Positions 8,830-18,942 are shown, numbered from the stretch's first letter. The stretch is 40,797 nucleotides of DNA from an uncultured bacterium (GCA_964497605.1 CAZCDQ010000006.1:1-40797), one strand, 5' to 3'. Notes: a model not told the origin generated them from the sequence alone. Translations and numbers: made by a program.

Positions 8830-9330
8830 TCAATTGCAGCAATTTTCTCCCTGTAGTGCCTGAATAGTTTCCCGAACAGAATCGCACGACAATAACATAC
8901 CTGCGGTTTTCCTAATACTCACGCTCACCTCCGGCGAAATATCTTCGCCGAACGCCGTGGATTTCGGCTGAAATCCGAGGATGAGAATATCTGCAGATGT
9001 TGCCTTTTCGAGAAATTCTGTGAACAGCCGAAGTGACCCGTGTGTCGATGAACTCTCCTTTGCGATTACCCCACTCGCAACAACCATAATATCGCCGGGA
9101 TTTCCCCCAAAATCCATCGTGTCTGCAATGATCACCGTATCGGGACGCAGTCCCGCGATAACACCGGTATAATTCTCGGGAGTATCCCCGGCATTTATTA
9201 CGTCAAACAAGGCTTTTCCTGCCGAATTACCGTTTTTCAGTAACTGCCCAAGCAGAATTCCGGCGCCGTCATCGCCGCGCAGGTCGTTTCCCAATGTCAC
9301 AATGACAACATTCTCGTCAGGCAATGCCAT
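8830..9330 (-). CDS. hycI: Hydrogenase maturation endopeptidase (HycI-like)
   Basis: LGNDLRGDDGAG, TPEN, STHG motifs. ATG at 9330 has an AAGGA RBS (track start 9351). Confidence 0.88.
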   Translation of the reverse strand: MALPDENVVIVTLGNDLRGDDGAGILLGQLLKNGNSAGKALFDVINAGDTPENYTGVIAGLRPDTVIIADTMDFGGNPGDIMVVASGVIAKESSSTHGSLRLFTEFLEKATSADILILGFQPKSTAFGEDISPEVSVSIRKTAGMLLSCDSVRETIQALQGENCCN

Positions 9331-9399
9331 GTGATAATTCCTTTTATGCAATGATAACAGATATGAAAGCAGAATGTGAATGATATTAGGTTAAAATCA

Positions 9400-10008
9400 T
9401 CACCATTCTTCTGTGAGATAGACCTTGCGGCGGCAATCGGGGCAAAGGATTTTAAATAGGTCTTCACGGGAGGGCTTTCCCTCGCTGAAAGCAGTTTGAA
9501 TGTCTTCTTTTTGTGAGAGTTTTTCCATTCCGGCGAGTATCAGCGTCGGATTTGCATAAGCAAGACTCCCAAGGCGTTTATACAGCCAGTTAAGGTGATC
9601 TTTCGTTCCGACAATATCGCCGCACATTTCGCAGAGCGCAAGCTCTTTTTCAACACTCACAAACATGTTTTCTCGGCTGAGATCAGCCAGATCGTATTCG
9701 GTCGTGTAATCGATACCATTCTCCGTTGTGCAGTATGCATGGCACTGACCGCAGAAATTGCAGATATCGTACCAGAGTTTCATTGTCCTCGTACCCGCTT
9801 CGACATCGTCGATGATTTCGATTGACCGCGAAGGACAGACCTCGCTGCATGCGCCGCATCCGATGCAGATATCGGGATCGAACTCCGGTTTTCCGCGGAA
9901 TTCTTTCTGTGGTTCAAGAATTTCCTTTGGAAATTTCGATGTGTACGGTCCCTGGACAAGCAGGATTTTTATTGCCTCCCAGAGTTCACGAAGTTTCGGT
10001 TTACGCAT
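9400..10008 (-). CDS. 2x[4Fe-4S] subunit, NuoI/HycF/MbhN-like, with extra C-terminal CxxC...CxxC
   Basis: FRGKP, CIGCGACSEVCP, CNFCGQCHAYC, then CEMC...CPDC. Confidence 0.9.
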   Translation of the reverse strand: MRKPKLRELWEAIKILLVQGPYTSKFPKEILEPQKEFRGKPEFDPDICIGCGACSEVCPSRSIEIIDDVEAGTRTMKLWYDICNFCGQCHAYCTTENGIDYTTEYDLADLSRENMFVSVEKELALCEMCGDIVGTKDHLNWLYKRLGSLAYANPTLILAGMEKLSQKEDIQTAFSEGKPSREDLFKILCPDCRRKVYLTEEW

Positions 10009-10034
10009 TTATCACGACTCCATAATTATGGATT

Positions 10035-10358
10035 TCATTTAACGTTGGCATATTCATCGACAATACTGCTTTCACACAGTTTCACTCCCGCCTTGTGCGC
10101 CGCCCGCGCAAGCGCATGTGCGGCGACCGGTGAGGTCAACAGTATGAACGCGGCGCAAAGAAGCGCTTTTATTCCCGCGGCGCCTATTCCCATGACGAAC
10201 GCGAGACCGATGAGAATCATGCATGTACCGAGCGTCACACACTTTGTCGCCGCCTGAAGTCGGTTGTACACATCGGGAAGCCTTACCAGCCCGATACATC
10301 CGAAAAGATCAAATAAAATGCCAATAATAAAAAATGCCAATCCGATATTTTCAGTCAT
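10035..10358 (-). CDS. mnhG: Mrp/Mbh antiporter subunit G (MnhG/MbhC)
   Basis: GLVRLPDVYNRLQAATK...LTSPVAAHALARAA. Confidence 0.92.
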   Translation of the reverse strand: MTENIGLAFFIIGILFDLFGCIGLVRLPDVYNRLQAATKCVTLGTCMILIGLAFVMGIGAAGIKALLCAAFILLTSPVAAHALARAAHKAGVKLCESSIVDEYANVK

Positions 10359-10632
10359 CGTAGCTTCGTCCTTCCAGATATTTTGCGAGGGCTATCGTGC
10401 CAATGAAACTTAAGAGCGCCCAGGTGATACCGATATTCATATAAAAGTCTTTCCCGGATATCCATGTCAGCATGGCGCAGAAACCGACCATCAGCGTACC
10501 GAGTATATCGATCGCTACAGTTCTGTCGGGCGCGGAGGGTCCTTTTGCGATACGGAACAGGCAAAGGAACCCGGAAAAAAGAAGTATAAGCATAAAAATC
10601 ATTGGCCAGGAAAAACCAATCTGATCAATCAT
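10351..10632 (-). CDS. mnhF: Mrp/Mbh antiporter subunit F (MnhF/MbhB)
   Basis: RIAKGPSAPDRTVAID...LLSFIGTIALAKYL. Confidence 0.92.
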   Translation of the reverse strand: MIDQIGFSWPMIFMLILLFSGFLCLFRIAKGPSAPDRTVAIDILGTLMVGFCAMLTWISGKDFYMNIGITWALLSFIGTIALAKYLEGRSYDD

Positions 10633-11114
10633 TCGAACACCTTTTTGAGTATTTTTTCAAAACGGCTTACGATAATTTCGGTCTGCCGTTCAGGATCGTC
10701 AACCGTAATATTAATCCAGTGAATATAGAGATCGCTGCCGATGATGTCCACTGTCAGCGTACCGGGCGTAAGAGTAATCGAATTGGCTAGGAATGTAATG
10801 CCGAGATCGGATTTAAGTCCGGTGGTGACTTTAACAATCCCCGGCCTGATGGGAACATCGAGATGAAGTACCCGATATGCAACATCCAGATTCGCTTTCA
10901 CCATGTGGATGAAAAAGACAGGGATATAATAAAAAAACCAGATTATTCTCACCGGACTCAGCATCATGGCCGCGTTGTCGAAATAGATATGTGACAGGAA
11001 TACAGTACATATTAACGCAATGATAAGCCCCGCAACGATATTCTGAATATCGGCCGACCAGGTAAGAAGCATCCAGACCGCAAATGTTACGAGATAATAC
11101 ATTATTTTTTTCAT
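10629..11114 (-). CDS. mnhE: Mrp/Mbh antiporter subunit E (MnhE/MbhA)
   Basis: ANLDVA...PGIV...LANSITLTPGTL...LYIHW. Confidence 0.93.
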   Translation of the reverse strand: MKKIMYYLVTFAVWMLLTWSADIQNIVAGLIIALICTVFLSHIYFDNAAMMLSPVRIIWFFYYIPVFFIHMVKANLDVAYRVLHLDVPIRPGIVKVTTGLKSDLGITFLANSITLTPGTLTVDIIGSDLYIHWINITVDDPERQTEIIVSRFEKILKKVFE

Positions 11115-12610
11115 TATAGCGACCCCAGCACATTAATGATATACATGCTCTTGTCCGTCAGCACCTGCTGTACCGGTTCGATAATATCAATGAAATACGG
11201 GCACGCAAGCCCGAATCCGATGCAGAATAGGGCGAGAATCAATAACGAACCCCACATGGGTGCGGGAACTTCTTTCACTTTCTCGAGTTTCGCGGGAAGT
11301 TCACCGAAAAATGCCATTTTCTGCACCTTTATAAACGATACGATTGTCATAAAACTTACAAATATTGTCACCGCCGCAAGATAATACGCGGCAGGTCCCA
11401 TAATGTCGGCGGCCTGCACTGCGGCAATCACAATAATCAGTTTGCTGAAAAATCCGCCGAACGGAGGAATCGCGGAAATCGACAGCGCCGCTACAGAGCA
11501 GGTTCGCGCGGTCACCGGCATCTTATTCCACAATCCGCCGAGTTTTTTTAGATCCCGAGTCCCCGTCGCGTATTCGACCGCTCCGGCACAGAGAAACAGA
11601 AGAGATTTGAAAAACGTATGATTCAGTGTGTGCAGAATACCGCCGATAATCCCAAGCGGCGTTCCGAGACCGATGGCAAATATGATGTATCCCATCTGGC
11701 TGATACTGTGGTAGGCCAACAGGCGTTTGAAATCCCACTGTCCGACTGCAAGAAAGACGCCGCCGACCATCGACAGTACACCAAGCGTAATGAATATCAC
11801 TGACACCGAATGACCAAACCCGAACACATTGAAAAATATCCGCGCCAGACAATATACACCAAGCGTTTTAATGAGCAGTCCCGAGAGCATAGCCGAGATC
11901 GGCGCGGGCGCGGAAGGATGCGCGTCGGGAAGCCACGCATGGAACGGCATGAGCGCGGCTTTGAGCCCGAATCCCATAAGGAACAGTGCGGATATCAGTT
12001 TCACCATCGTACCCGTGTCGCCGCTCAGAACCTGTCCGATATGCGCGAGATTCAATGTCCCGGTAATCGAGTATGTCAGCGCGATGCCGAACAGAATAAA
12101 GCTCGATGCGATCCCGCCGAGAACAAGATATTTGAACGAGGCCTCAAGCTCCTCGCTTTCGATCCCGAATGCCACGAGAGCATATGACGATATCGAGGCT
12201 ATTTCGAGAAACACAAACATGTTGAACAGATCGCCTGACGCGATTACGCCGTTCATGCCGGCGACCATCAGCATAAGCAGACAGTAGTATTTCACAGTGC
12301 TTGTAAAACGCCGCATATATTCAAGCGAATATAGAACCACGAGAAAACTAACCACTGCGACTATCAAATGGAAAAATACAGTCATGGAATCGGAATACAG
12401 ATTAATTCCGAAAGGCGGATTCCAGCCGCCGAGCGCGTAAATGAAAGTATCTTCGCCAATTCGGCCGAATGCAAATAGTACTAATAAACCGGTCGTTACC
12501 ATCGCAATGGTATCGGCAAGCCACGCTCTGAACAAACCGGCAAGAGGAATAACAAATGCAGCCCCAAGCGGCAGCGCTATGAATAACGGAAGGATGTGTT
12601 CCGAACTCAT
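11114..12610 (-). CDS. mnhD: Antiporter-like subunit MnhD/MbhH
   Basis: GGWNPPFGI, GDLFNMFVFLEI, PFHAWLPDAHPSAPAPISA, KRLLAYHSISQMG; highly hydrophobic throughout. Confidence 0.92.
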   Translation of the reverse strand: MSSEHILPLFIALPLGAAFVIPLAGLFRAWLADTIAMVTTGLLVLFAFGRIGEDTFIYALGGWNPPFGINLYSDSMTVFFHLIVAVVSFLVVLYSLEYMRRFTSTVKYYCLLMLMVAGMNGVIASGDLFNMFVFLEIASISSYALVAFGIESEELEASFKYLVLGGIASSFILFGIALTYSITGTLNLAHIGQVLSGDTGTMVKLISALFLMGFGLKAALMPFHAWLPDAHPSAPAPISAMLSGLLIKTLGVYCLARIFFNVFGFGHSVSVIFITLGVLSMVGGVFLAVGQWDFKRLLAYHSISQMGYIIFAIGLGTPLGIIGGILHTLNHTFFKSLLFLCAGAVEYATGTRDLKKLGGLWNKMPVTARTCSVAALSISAIPPFGGFFSKLIIVIAAVQAADIMGPAAYYLAAVTIFVSFMTIVSFIKVQKMAFFGELPAKLEKVKEVPAPMWGSLLILALFCIGFGLACPYFIDIIEPVQQVLTDKSMYIINVLGSL

Positions 12611-12957
12611 CCTTTCAATCTCCTTATCTGAAGAATGTCGAACGTCTCGTATTTTTCAAACAGTCTGAGACACAGTGATATAACCATAGCAGTGGTACCG
12701 AGTCCAATTACGATCGAGGTGACAATGAGCGCTTGCGGCAGGGGATCGACAAATGTCATCGCCTCGCGCGCAGCCTTTTCTGCATTGGTCACAATCGGAG
12801 CCGTTCCGCCGCTCCGGTATCCAACCAGAATTAACATGAGATTAACCGCATACTCAATAATTAAAAGCCCAATCACGATTTTCACCAGATTCTTCTTCGC
12901 GAGAACAGCGTATACGCCAAGTAACAGCAATACGGTACACAGAACATACGGACCCAT
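12607..12957 (-). CDS. mnhC: Mrp/Mbh subunit C (MnhC/MbhG)
   Basis: NLVKIVIG...VDPLPQALIVTSIVIG. Confidence 0.93.
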   Translation of the reverse strand: MGPYVLCTVLLLLGVYAVLAKKNLVKIVIGLLIIEYAVNLMLILVGYRSGGTAPIVTNAEKAAREAMTFVDPLPQALIVTSIVIGLGTTAMVISLCLRLFEKYETFDILQIRRLKG

Positions 12958-12959
12958 AT

Positions 12960-13403
12960 CTATCGTCTTTCCTTTGTTGTATCGTCAAAATTAAAAAAGG
13001 CATATGCCAGAAAAATCGCGAAAAGAAACACACCCACCTTGATCCCGACAATCAGGTTGCTCCATAAAATGGTTCCCGCCGATAAAAGCCGCATCGGCTC
13101 ACCCTCGGGCAGGTAGTTTTTCAGCATAAATCCACCAAACAGTCCAATACAAATAAATTCAAACAAGCTTAGTACCCCAAAACTATCCCACACATGCAAT
13201 ATCCGTGACCCCAGACTGCCCTCAGCTTTTGATGTTCCGAATGAGAGAATCAACAGAACAAATCCCGCCGCAAGTATGACTCCTCCGGCAAATCCGCCGC
13301 CCGGCGCAATATGACCATACAAAACAATACTCGCGCCGAACACAACAATGAATCCAAGCACCAGCCGAGAGATTGTTTTAACAATGACTGTCATTCCATT
13401 CAT
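12960..13403 (-). CDS. mnhB: Mrp/Mbh subunit B (MnhB/MbhF)
   Basis: GHIAPGGGFAGG, GIKV. Confidence 0.92.
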   Translation of the reverse strand: MNGMTVIVKTISRLVLGFIVVFGASIVLYGHIAPGGGFAGGVILAAGFVLLILSFGTSKAEGSLGSRILHVWDSFGVLSLFEFICIGLFGGFMLKNYLPEGEPMRLLSAGTILWSNLIVGIKVGVFLFAIFLAYAFFNFDDTTKERR

Positions 13404-13930
13404 AAGTCCCGCCTTCCTTTCTTTCTCAGGATCGCAATCGCACCGACAATCGAGGTGAATATGACCGTCGCCTCGCCGAGTGTGTCATACGCTCTAAATT
13501 CAAGAAGGATCGCACTGACTAAATTTCCGGCGCCGGAAATGGAGAAACCCTCGTTTATGTACTGCCGTGATACACTAAGGATTGGCCTCCCGAATTCGGG
13601 CATTTCTTTATAAGCTATCGCAGCAACCACAATGAACACACCTGCGAACACAAGCCCTGCGGCGGTTGCAAAAATCTCGCCGTGGCGGTAACGGTGAGCA
13701 ATGGTAACATCCTCACGGACTACAATCAGACGGATAAGCATGATAAGCGCGATAACCTCGACAGCCACCTGTACGATCGCAAGATCGGGCGCACCGAGGA
13801 TAAGAAATATGATAGAAAGCGCCATTCCCATCGCGCCGACCGAGATAACGCTTGAAAGTAAGTCTTTCGTCTCGATGGCGATGATCGCACCGATTATCAT
13901 GAACACGATTAGTCCGTATAAAAGTATCAT
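13400..13930 (-). CDS. Fused MbhD-like (DUF4040) + MbhE-like membrane subunit
   Basis: N-half LGAPDLAIVQVAVE; C-half NLVSAILLEFRAYDTLGE. Confidence 0.88.
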   Translation of the reverse strand: MILLYGLIVFMIIGAIIAIETKDLLSSVISVGAMGMALSIIFLILGAPDLAIVQVAVEVIALIMLIRLIVVREDVTIAHRYRHGEIFATAAGLVFAGVFIVVAAIAYKEMPEFGRPILSVSRQYINEGFSISGAGNLVSAILLEFRAYDTLGEATVIFTSIVGAIAILRKKGRRDL

Positions 13931-13942
13931 CTCGTCCGTTCC

Positions 13943-15778
13943 CTATCTCACAAGATAAAATATTATGAATAACAGTCCGATCAATACGAACGCCGCATAC
14001 GTCGACACAACGCCGTTATGAATATACCGAAGAACATCGACTAGTTTCCCGCCGTACCTTCCGCCGAGAACATACAGATCGAATACGCCCCGATCGGCAT
14101 CGTCATAGATTATCTTCATCGGAGCAAAATCATGAATAGTCTCGTAAAATCCCGTTCCCGGATACCGTGTCAGTTCCTCATCCAATTTCTCGCCGCCAAT
14201 AAACCGTGTTGTCGAACGGATTTTTGATGTTGTCGAGACAAGATAAACCATATATCCTGCCGCCAGCGAAACAATCATAAGCAGCGTTGCAAGGGACGGA
14301 CTCCACATCCCTGTAACAGTATCGATCATTGCGGGAGCATCGACGAATTCCGAGGAAACCATCGGTCCGATGATATATTTCAGCGGAATCTGGGCGAATA
14401 TACCGAACACGACACAGAGAAGCGCAAGCACAATCATCGGCAACGCCATCGAGAATCCAACCGATTCCACCTTTTTCAGCTTCTCCGGTTGTTTTCCGAG
14501 AAAAACCGAGTATATAACCTTAACAAACGACGCCAGTGTCAGCGCGCTGCCGAACATCGCGGCGAGAAGAAATACAGGCTGCCCTATTTCGATCGTTCCC
14601 TGATATACGAGCCATTTCGAAGCAAATCCGTTGAACGGCGGCACACCGGAAATGGCGAATGACGCGATAAGCATCGCAACAAACGTGACCGGCATCGATT
14701 TCGATAACCCTCCAAGCTCCTCAAGTTCGGTCGTGCCTGCCTGTTTTTCCACCGCACCCGCGCCAAGGAACAGGCAGCATTTGTAGATGGCATGATTCAG
14801 CATATGGAACAGTCCGCCGACAATACCGATCGCAACACCGGTGCCGATCCCCATCACCATATAGCCGACCTGACTGACCGCGTGAAACGCCAGTAGCTTT
14901 TTCAGATTATGCTGCAGAAGCGCCATCATGACTGCAAGGATAATGGTCACTGCACCGATAATAAGCAGCAGCATTTTTAGTCCGCTGTTCAGCGCAAACA
15001 TATCGAGCGAAATCCTTGCCAGCAGATAGATGCCGAGCAGTTTATCGAGCGACGCGGGCAGATATGCCATCACACTTGCGGGAGCGCTTTCGGCGGCTTT
15101 GGGAATCCATGTATGTCCGGGGATCGCGCCGGCTTTAACAAGCGCCCCGATAAGAAACATGACATAGGTCACAACCATGAGCGCCGAATCGACACCGACT
15201 GCATTAATACTGCTCATCTGAAGCGTCCCCACAATATGCCACAGCATCACTATACCCAGCATGAGTGCACAATCCGAAAACCCGATGATTACAAATGTCT
15301 TACCCGCCGCATCGCGCGCTCCGCCTCCGCCGATGGTGATAAGGAAAAACAACAGTAGTGAAACGATCTCCCAGCCGATTAGAAAAAAGATCAGGTTATC
15401 GGCCAGAATAGCCGCGGCGGCTCCTGCGGCAGTCAGGCAAATATAGCCGTAATACTCGCCAAGACGGTCTTTCCCTTTCATGAAACCGAAAGAATAGATA
15501 ACCACAAGCGCTGCGAATACGGACGCGGCAAACAGGATGAAAGAACTTAGCGTATCGGCTCTCATATCCGCAGAGAATGAAAATCCCGAAAGTGTGAACC
15601 ATATCCATGAACCGACAATTTCTTTACCGCCAAAGAATATCGCACCAGAATACACCGCCGCAATGACTGTTCCGGCAAGGGCAACGGTCTCCCGTATTCC
15701 TTTGAGCGCTTTCGGGATAATCAGTATGACCGCTCCGGCAATCAAAGGGACGATGATAGGCATAAACAAATTATTCAT
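13943..15778 (-). CDS. Second antiporter-like subunit (NuoL/MrpA N-part/HyfB-like) with C-terminal extension
   Basis: GWEIVS, KAGAIPGHTWIP, LKKLLAFHAVSQVGY, FHMLNHAIYK, GVPPFNGFASKW, terminal HNG...Y plus TM. Confidence 0.9.
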   Translation of the reverse strand: MNNLFMPIIVPLIAGAVILIIPKALKGIRETVALAGTVIAAVYSGAIFFGGKEIVGSWIWFTLSGFSFSADMRADTLSSFILFAASVFAALVVIYSFGFMKGKDRLGEYYGYICLTAAGAAAAILADNLIFFLIGWEIVSLLLFFLITIGGGGARDAAGKTFVIIGFSDCALMLGIVMLWHIVGTLQMSSINAVGVDSALMVVTYVMFLIGALVKAGAIPGHTWIPKAAESAPASVMAYLPASLDKLLGIYLLARISLDMFALNSGLKMLLLIIGAVTIILAVMMALLQHNLKKLLAFHAVSQVGYMVMGIGTGVAIGIVGGLFHMLNHAIYKCCLFLGAGAVEKQAGTTELEELGGLSKSMPVTFVAMLIASFAISGVPPFNGFASKWLVYQGTIEIGQPVFLLAAMFGSALTLASFVKVIYSVFLGKQPEKLKKVESVGFSMALPMIVLALLCVVFGIFAQIPLKYIIGPMVSSEFVDAPAMIDTVTGMWSPSLATLLMIVSLAAGYMVYLVSTTSKIRSTTRFIGGEKLDEELTRYPGTGFYETIHDFAPMKIIYDDADRGVFDLYVLGGRYGGKLVDVLRYIHNGVVSTYAAFVLIGLLFIIFYLVR

Positions 15779-15796
15779 TGTCTACGGTTCCTTTTA

Positions 15797-17032
15797 TTAC
15801 TTATTAAGCTCCGCTATAAGCTGTTTTGCTACCTGTTCGGCCGTCGGAATTTCATCTTTATGATTTTTATACCGTTCTGTCTTCTTTCGGGACAATTCAA
15901 CCAATTCCTGACCCGACATCACAATATTGTTTGTATCTTTCTCCAAAACCGCCATTCTTTCCGTACAACAATAACATGGGTCAACCGCAGCGGTAACTAA
16001 TGCCACATCGGAAATTGTATGGCCGATGCAGGTGGCCTTATATGATGGAATATTCATATAACTCGGTGCTCTGATTTTGTGACGCACCGGTGAATTACCG
16101 CCGTCCCCCCGAACATAATGATAGACCTCTCCGCGCGGCGCCTCGGCATGCCCGATACCTTCCCCGGGAGGAACAGATTTAATTTTTGCATCGATCTGCC
16201 CATCGGGCATATCATCCATACACTGTTTAATAATTTTTGCTGATTCAATGATCTCAAGCAAACGTACAGCCGCTTTGGCAAATACATCGCAACTGTCCCA
16301 GGTGATAACATTCCAATCGATTTTATCGTATGCGTCATAGGGGTCATCAGTGCGAATATCATCGGATATTCCGGAAGCCCTTACCGTCGGGCCAACTGTT
16401 CCATATGCAACGGCATCCTCTTTCGTAAGCACTCCGATACCTTTCGTGCGTGCATGGAGAACAGGATCGTCCAGCACCGCGCCGACCAGCATTTCGGTAG
16501 ATTTTATTACTTTATCCATTTCTTTGTGCACCCAAGGGAAATCGTCGTTATTTAAGTCCCGGCGAACTCCGCCCGGTTTCATCATCGCATAATGGTTACG
16601 GTTTCCCGAGAGTTTTTCGCAAACATCGAGTATCGGCTCGCGGTATTTCCATGCCCACATAAAAACTGTATCATAGCCGATAAAATGTCCCGCGAGACCA
16701 ACCCACAAGAGGTGGCTGTGAATTCGCTCGAGTTCACAAATAATCGGACGGATATATTGCGCGCGTGGGGGCGGCTGTACATCACAGAGATCTTCGACTC
16801 CTAAAACGTAAGCAATCGGATGTGAGGTAGAACAGATACCGCATATCCTTTCCACAATAAAGGCAGCCTGATCCCATGTTTTCATAGAACTGAGTTTTTC
16901 TATCCCCCGGTGCATGTAACCTATATTGATTTCAGCATCGACTACTGTTTCTCCCTCAACATACAGCTTGAAAAATTCCGCTTCCTCAAGCAGGGGGTGA
17001 AACGGGCCGAGCGGAACAATCGTTTTTTTCAT
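15797..17032 (-). CDS. Group-4 [NiFe]-hydrogenase large subunit (NuoD-like)
   Basis: GPFHP, GYMHRGIEK, L1 ERICGICS, EAPRGE, L2 DPCYCCTER followed by a tail of about 52 aa; the maturation protease is in the same operon. Confidence 0.95.
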   Translation of the reverse strand: MKKTIVPLGPFHPLLEEAEFFKLYVEGETVVDAEINIGYMHRGIEKLSSMKTWDQAAFIVERICGICSTSHPIAYVLGVEDLCDVQPPPRAQYIRPIICELERIHSHLLWVGLAGHFIGYDTVFMWAWKYREPILDVCEKLSGNRNHYAMMKPGGVRRDLNNDDFPWVHKEMDKVIKSTEMLVGAVLDDPVLHARTKGIGVLTKEDAVAYGTVGPTVRASGISDDIRTDDPYDAYDKIDWNVITWDSCDVFAKAAVRLLEIIESAKIIKQCMDDMPDGQIDAKIKSVPPGEGIGHAEAPRGEVYHYVRGDGGNSPVRHKIRAPSYMNIPSYKATCIGHTISDVALVTAAVDPCYCCTERMAVLEKDTNNIVMSGQELVELSRKKTERYKNHKDEIPTAEQVAKQLIAELNK

Positions 17033-17478
17033 TTTCCAGGCTCCTTGAAGTCACGTCGTAACGGATAAACTCCCTCGGGCCAGCTATCTGCCATAAGAAT
17101 CCTGTCTGGATTCGGATGGTTTATAAAAACTACTCCGAGAATTTCGTGAATCTCACGCTCGATCCAATTTGCGGCCAGATAAAAGACCGCGATTGACTCG
17201 ATTTCCGGTTTTGGTTTCGATACTATCGTCTTTAACGAAATAATCTGATGCTCTTTTGGGTACATGAAATGGTAGAGAATTTCAATTCCGTTTCTCGAAT
17301 CAACACCGGATGCGATACACAGCCTTCCGCCAAGGTCATCATACATATATCGGCAGATATCCGGCACATCGCGTTTATCGATAGTTACATACACTCTGCG
17401 TTCGTTTTTCACAAACACGTCCTTCAGCGCGTCCGGAAATTTGCTTTTTATTGCGTCAAGGGCTTTCGCATCGGGCAT
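17029..17478 (-). CDS. NuoC/MbhK-like subunit
   Basis: AANWIEREIHEILGVVFINHP...YPLRRDF. Confidence 0.92.
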   Translation of the reverse strand: MPDAKALDAIKSKFPDALKDVFVKNERRVYVTIDKRDVPDICRYMYDDLGGRLCIASGVDSRNGIEILYHFMYPKEHQIISLKTIVSKPKPEIESIAVFYLAANWIEREIHEILGVVFINHPNPDRILMADSWPEGVYPLRRDFKEPGK

Positions 17479-17490
17479 ATCATCATTCTC

Positions 17491-17922
17491 CTACAGGGTT
17501 TGCAGCGCTTTCACAACGCCGAGAATCATCGCTTCAGGTTTTGGCGGACATCCCGGCACATAAGCGACAATGCCATTCGGGTCGATCTCTTTCACCACTT
17601 TATCGAGCGGCCCAACACAGTTATAACTATCGCGGAACATGGTCATCGTAAGGGCGCATGAGCCGATTGCGAACACAATGCACGGTTTTGCGGTCTGCTT
17701 GTACAGCTCGACAAATCTCGGCAGCACATGACGGTTGACCGATCCTGAAACAAGCAGTGCATCCGCATGCCGCGGACTGCCGACAAGTTTAATGCCAAAC
17801 CGCTCGACATCGAACCGCGGGGTCAGAAGGTCGAGGATTTCGATATCGCAGTTATTGCAGGGAGACAGCGCGACATGATACACCCACGGCGATTTCTTCA
17901 GTCCCCACATGGTCAGGCTCAT
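17491..17922 (-). CDS. Hydrogenase small subunit (NuoB/MbhJ-like)
   Basis: CNNCDIE, FDVERFG, SPRHAD, GSC, VPGCPPKP. Confidence 0.95.
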   Translation of the reverse strand: MSLTMWGLKKSPWVYHVALSPCNNCDIEILDLLTPRFDVERFGIKLVGSPRHADALLVSGSVNRHVLPRFVELYKQTAKPCIVFAIGSCALTMTMFRDSYNCVGPLDKVVKEIDPNGIVAYVPGCPPKPEAMILGVVKALQTL

Positions 17923-17962
17923 TATTTTTCCCCCGATTTTATAGCAATAATTCCTTTAACCG

Positions 17963-18892
17963 TTACAATCCAACATACGCCAGCGCAAGACCGATCAGCG
18001 CCAGCACAGTCATTGTGCCCCAGAAAAAGCTTACTGCCTGATCGATTCGTACCCGCGGATTCGTATTCCGAATGAGCACAATGAGTACTATTATCGCAAC
18101 GTATTTCAACACCGCCCAGAGAATTGAAATCCCTTCGAGACGTATCCCCCCCATCAACATCGCGACTATGAACAGCGGCATGACCGCAAGCATCATTGCT
18201 TTTGTCATTTCGATAACTGCGAGCGGAGGTCCGGAATATTCGGTGATAACACCGCCCATGATCTCCTGCTCCGCCTCGGGCGCGTCGAACGGCACAAACC
18301 CCAATTTTGCCTGTGTGCAGAGCAGAAGCACAATAAACCCGAGTACACCAGAGATACTTGCGATATTTACACTGCCCATGACTTGCGAATCGATGATGCT
18401 TCCTATACTGAAATCGAATCCCGATTTCATAATAACCATAATAACAACAATCAGAAACGGCAACTCATAGCCAAGCAGGAGTTTCATCTCTCGTGACGCT
18501 CCGACTGCGGCAATGGGATTTCCCGAGGCACTTGCACCAATAATCAGACCGGTCGCGGGAACAGTCAGCAGATAGACCAGTACAATCACATCACCGACAA
18601 AACTCTGATCCGGCCAGATAAGGACATGAACAAGCAGTACCGAGGCAAGAATCATACCCGCAAATCCGAATAACGGCGCCAGCAAGAAAACAGTTCGTCC
18701 CGACCCCTCAGGAACCAGTGTCTCTTTACCAAGCAGTTTGAGTATATCTGCAATCGGCTGGTACCACGGCGGTCCGACACGGGCATGTACCAACGCGGTC
18801 ACCTTACGGTCGATCCAGCTTGTAACAAGTCCGAGAACAAGCACTCCGACAGCGATTAAGATGAATTTAACGATCAACATGATTCCGGCCAC
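17963..18892 (-). CDS. NuoH/MbhM/HycD-like membrane subunit
   Basis: DRKVTA..HARVGPP..QP..D..KL..KE, GASRE, PFDAPEAEQE..GG...EYSG, PRVRIDQ. Confidence 0.95.
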   Translation of the reverse strand: MAGIMLIVKFILIAVGVLVLGLVTSWIDRKVTALVHARVGPPWYQPIADILKLLGKETLVPEGSGRTVFLLAPLFGFAGMILASVLLVHVLIWPDQSFVGDVIVLVYLLTVPATGLIIGASASGNPIAAVGASREMKLLLGYELPFLIVVIMVIMKSGFDFSIGSIIDSQVMGSVNIASISGVLGFIVLLLCTQAKLGFVPFDAPEAEQEIMGGVITEYSGPPLAVIEMTKAMMLAVMPLFIVAMLMGGIRLEGISILWAVLKYVAIIVLIVLIRNTNPRVRIDQAVSFFWGTMTVLALIGLALAYVGL

Positions 18893-18942
18893 AGACTCTA
18901 CACTCCGCTTTTATGTTGCATTTATCATGATTCCCGATTCCG

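Noticed and set aside
9400-18892. NADH:quinone oxidoreductase (complex I) or MBS sulfane reductase
   Set aside because: The NuoD-like subunit keeps both CxxC Ni-binding motifs and a maturation protease is encoded; NuoA/E/F are absent.
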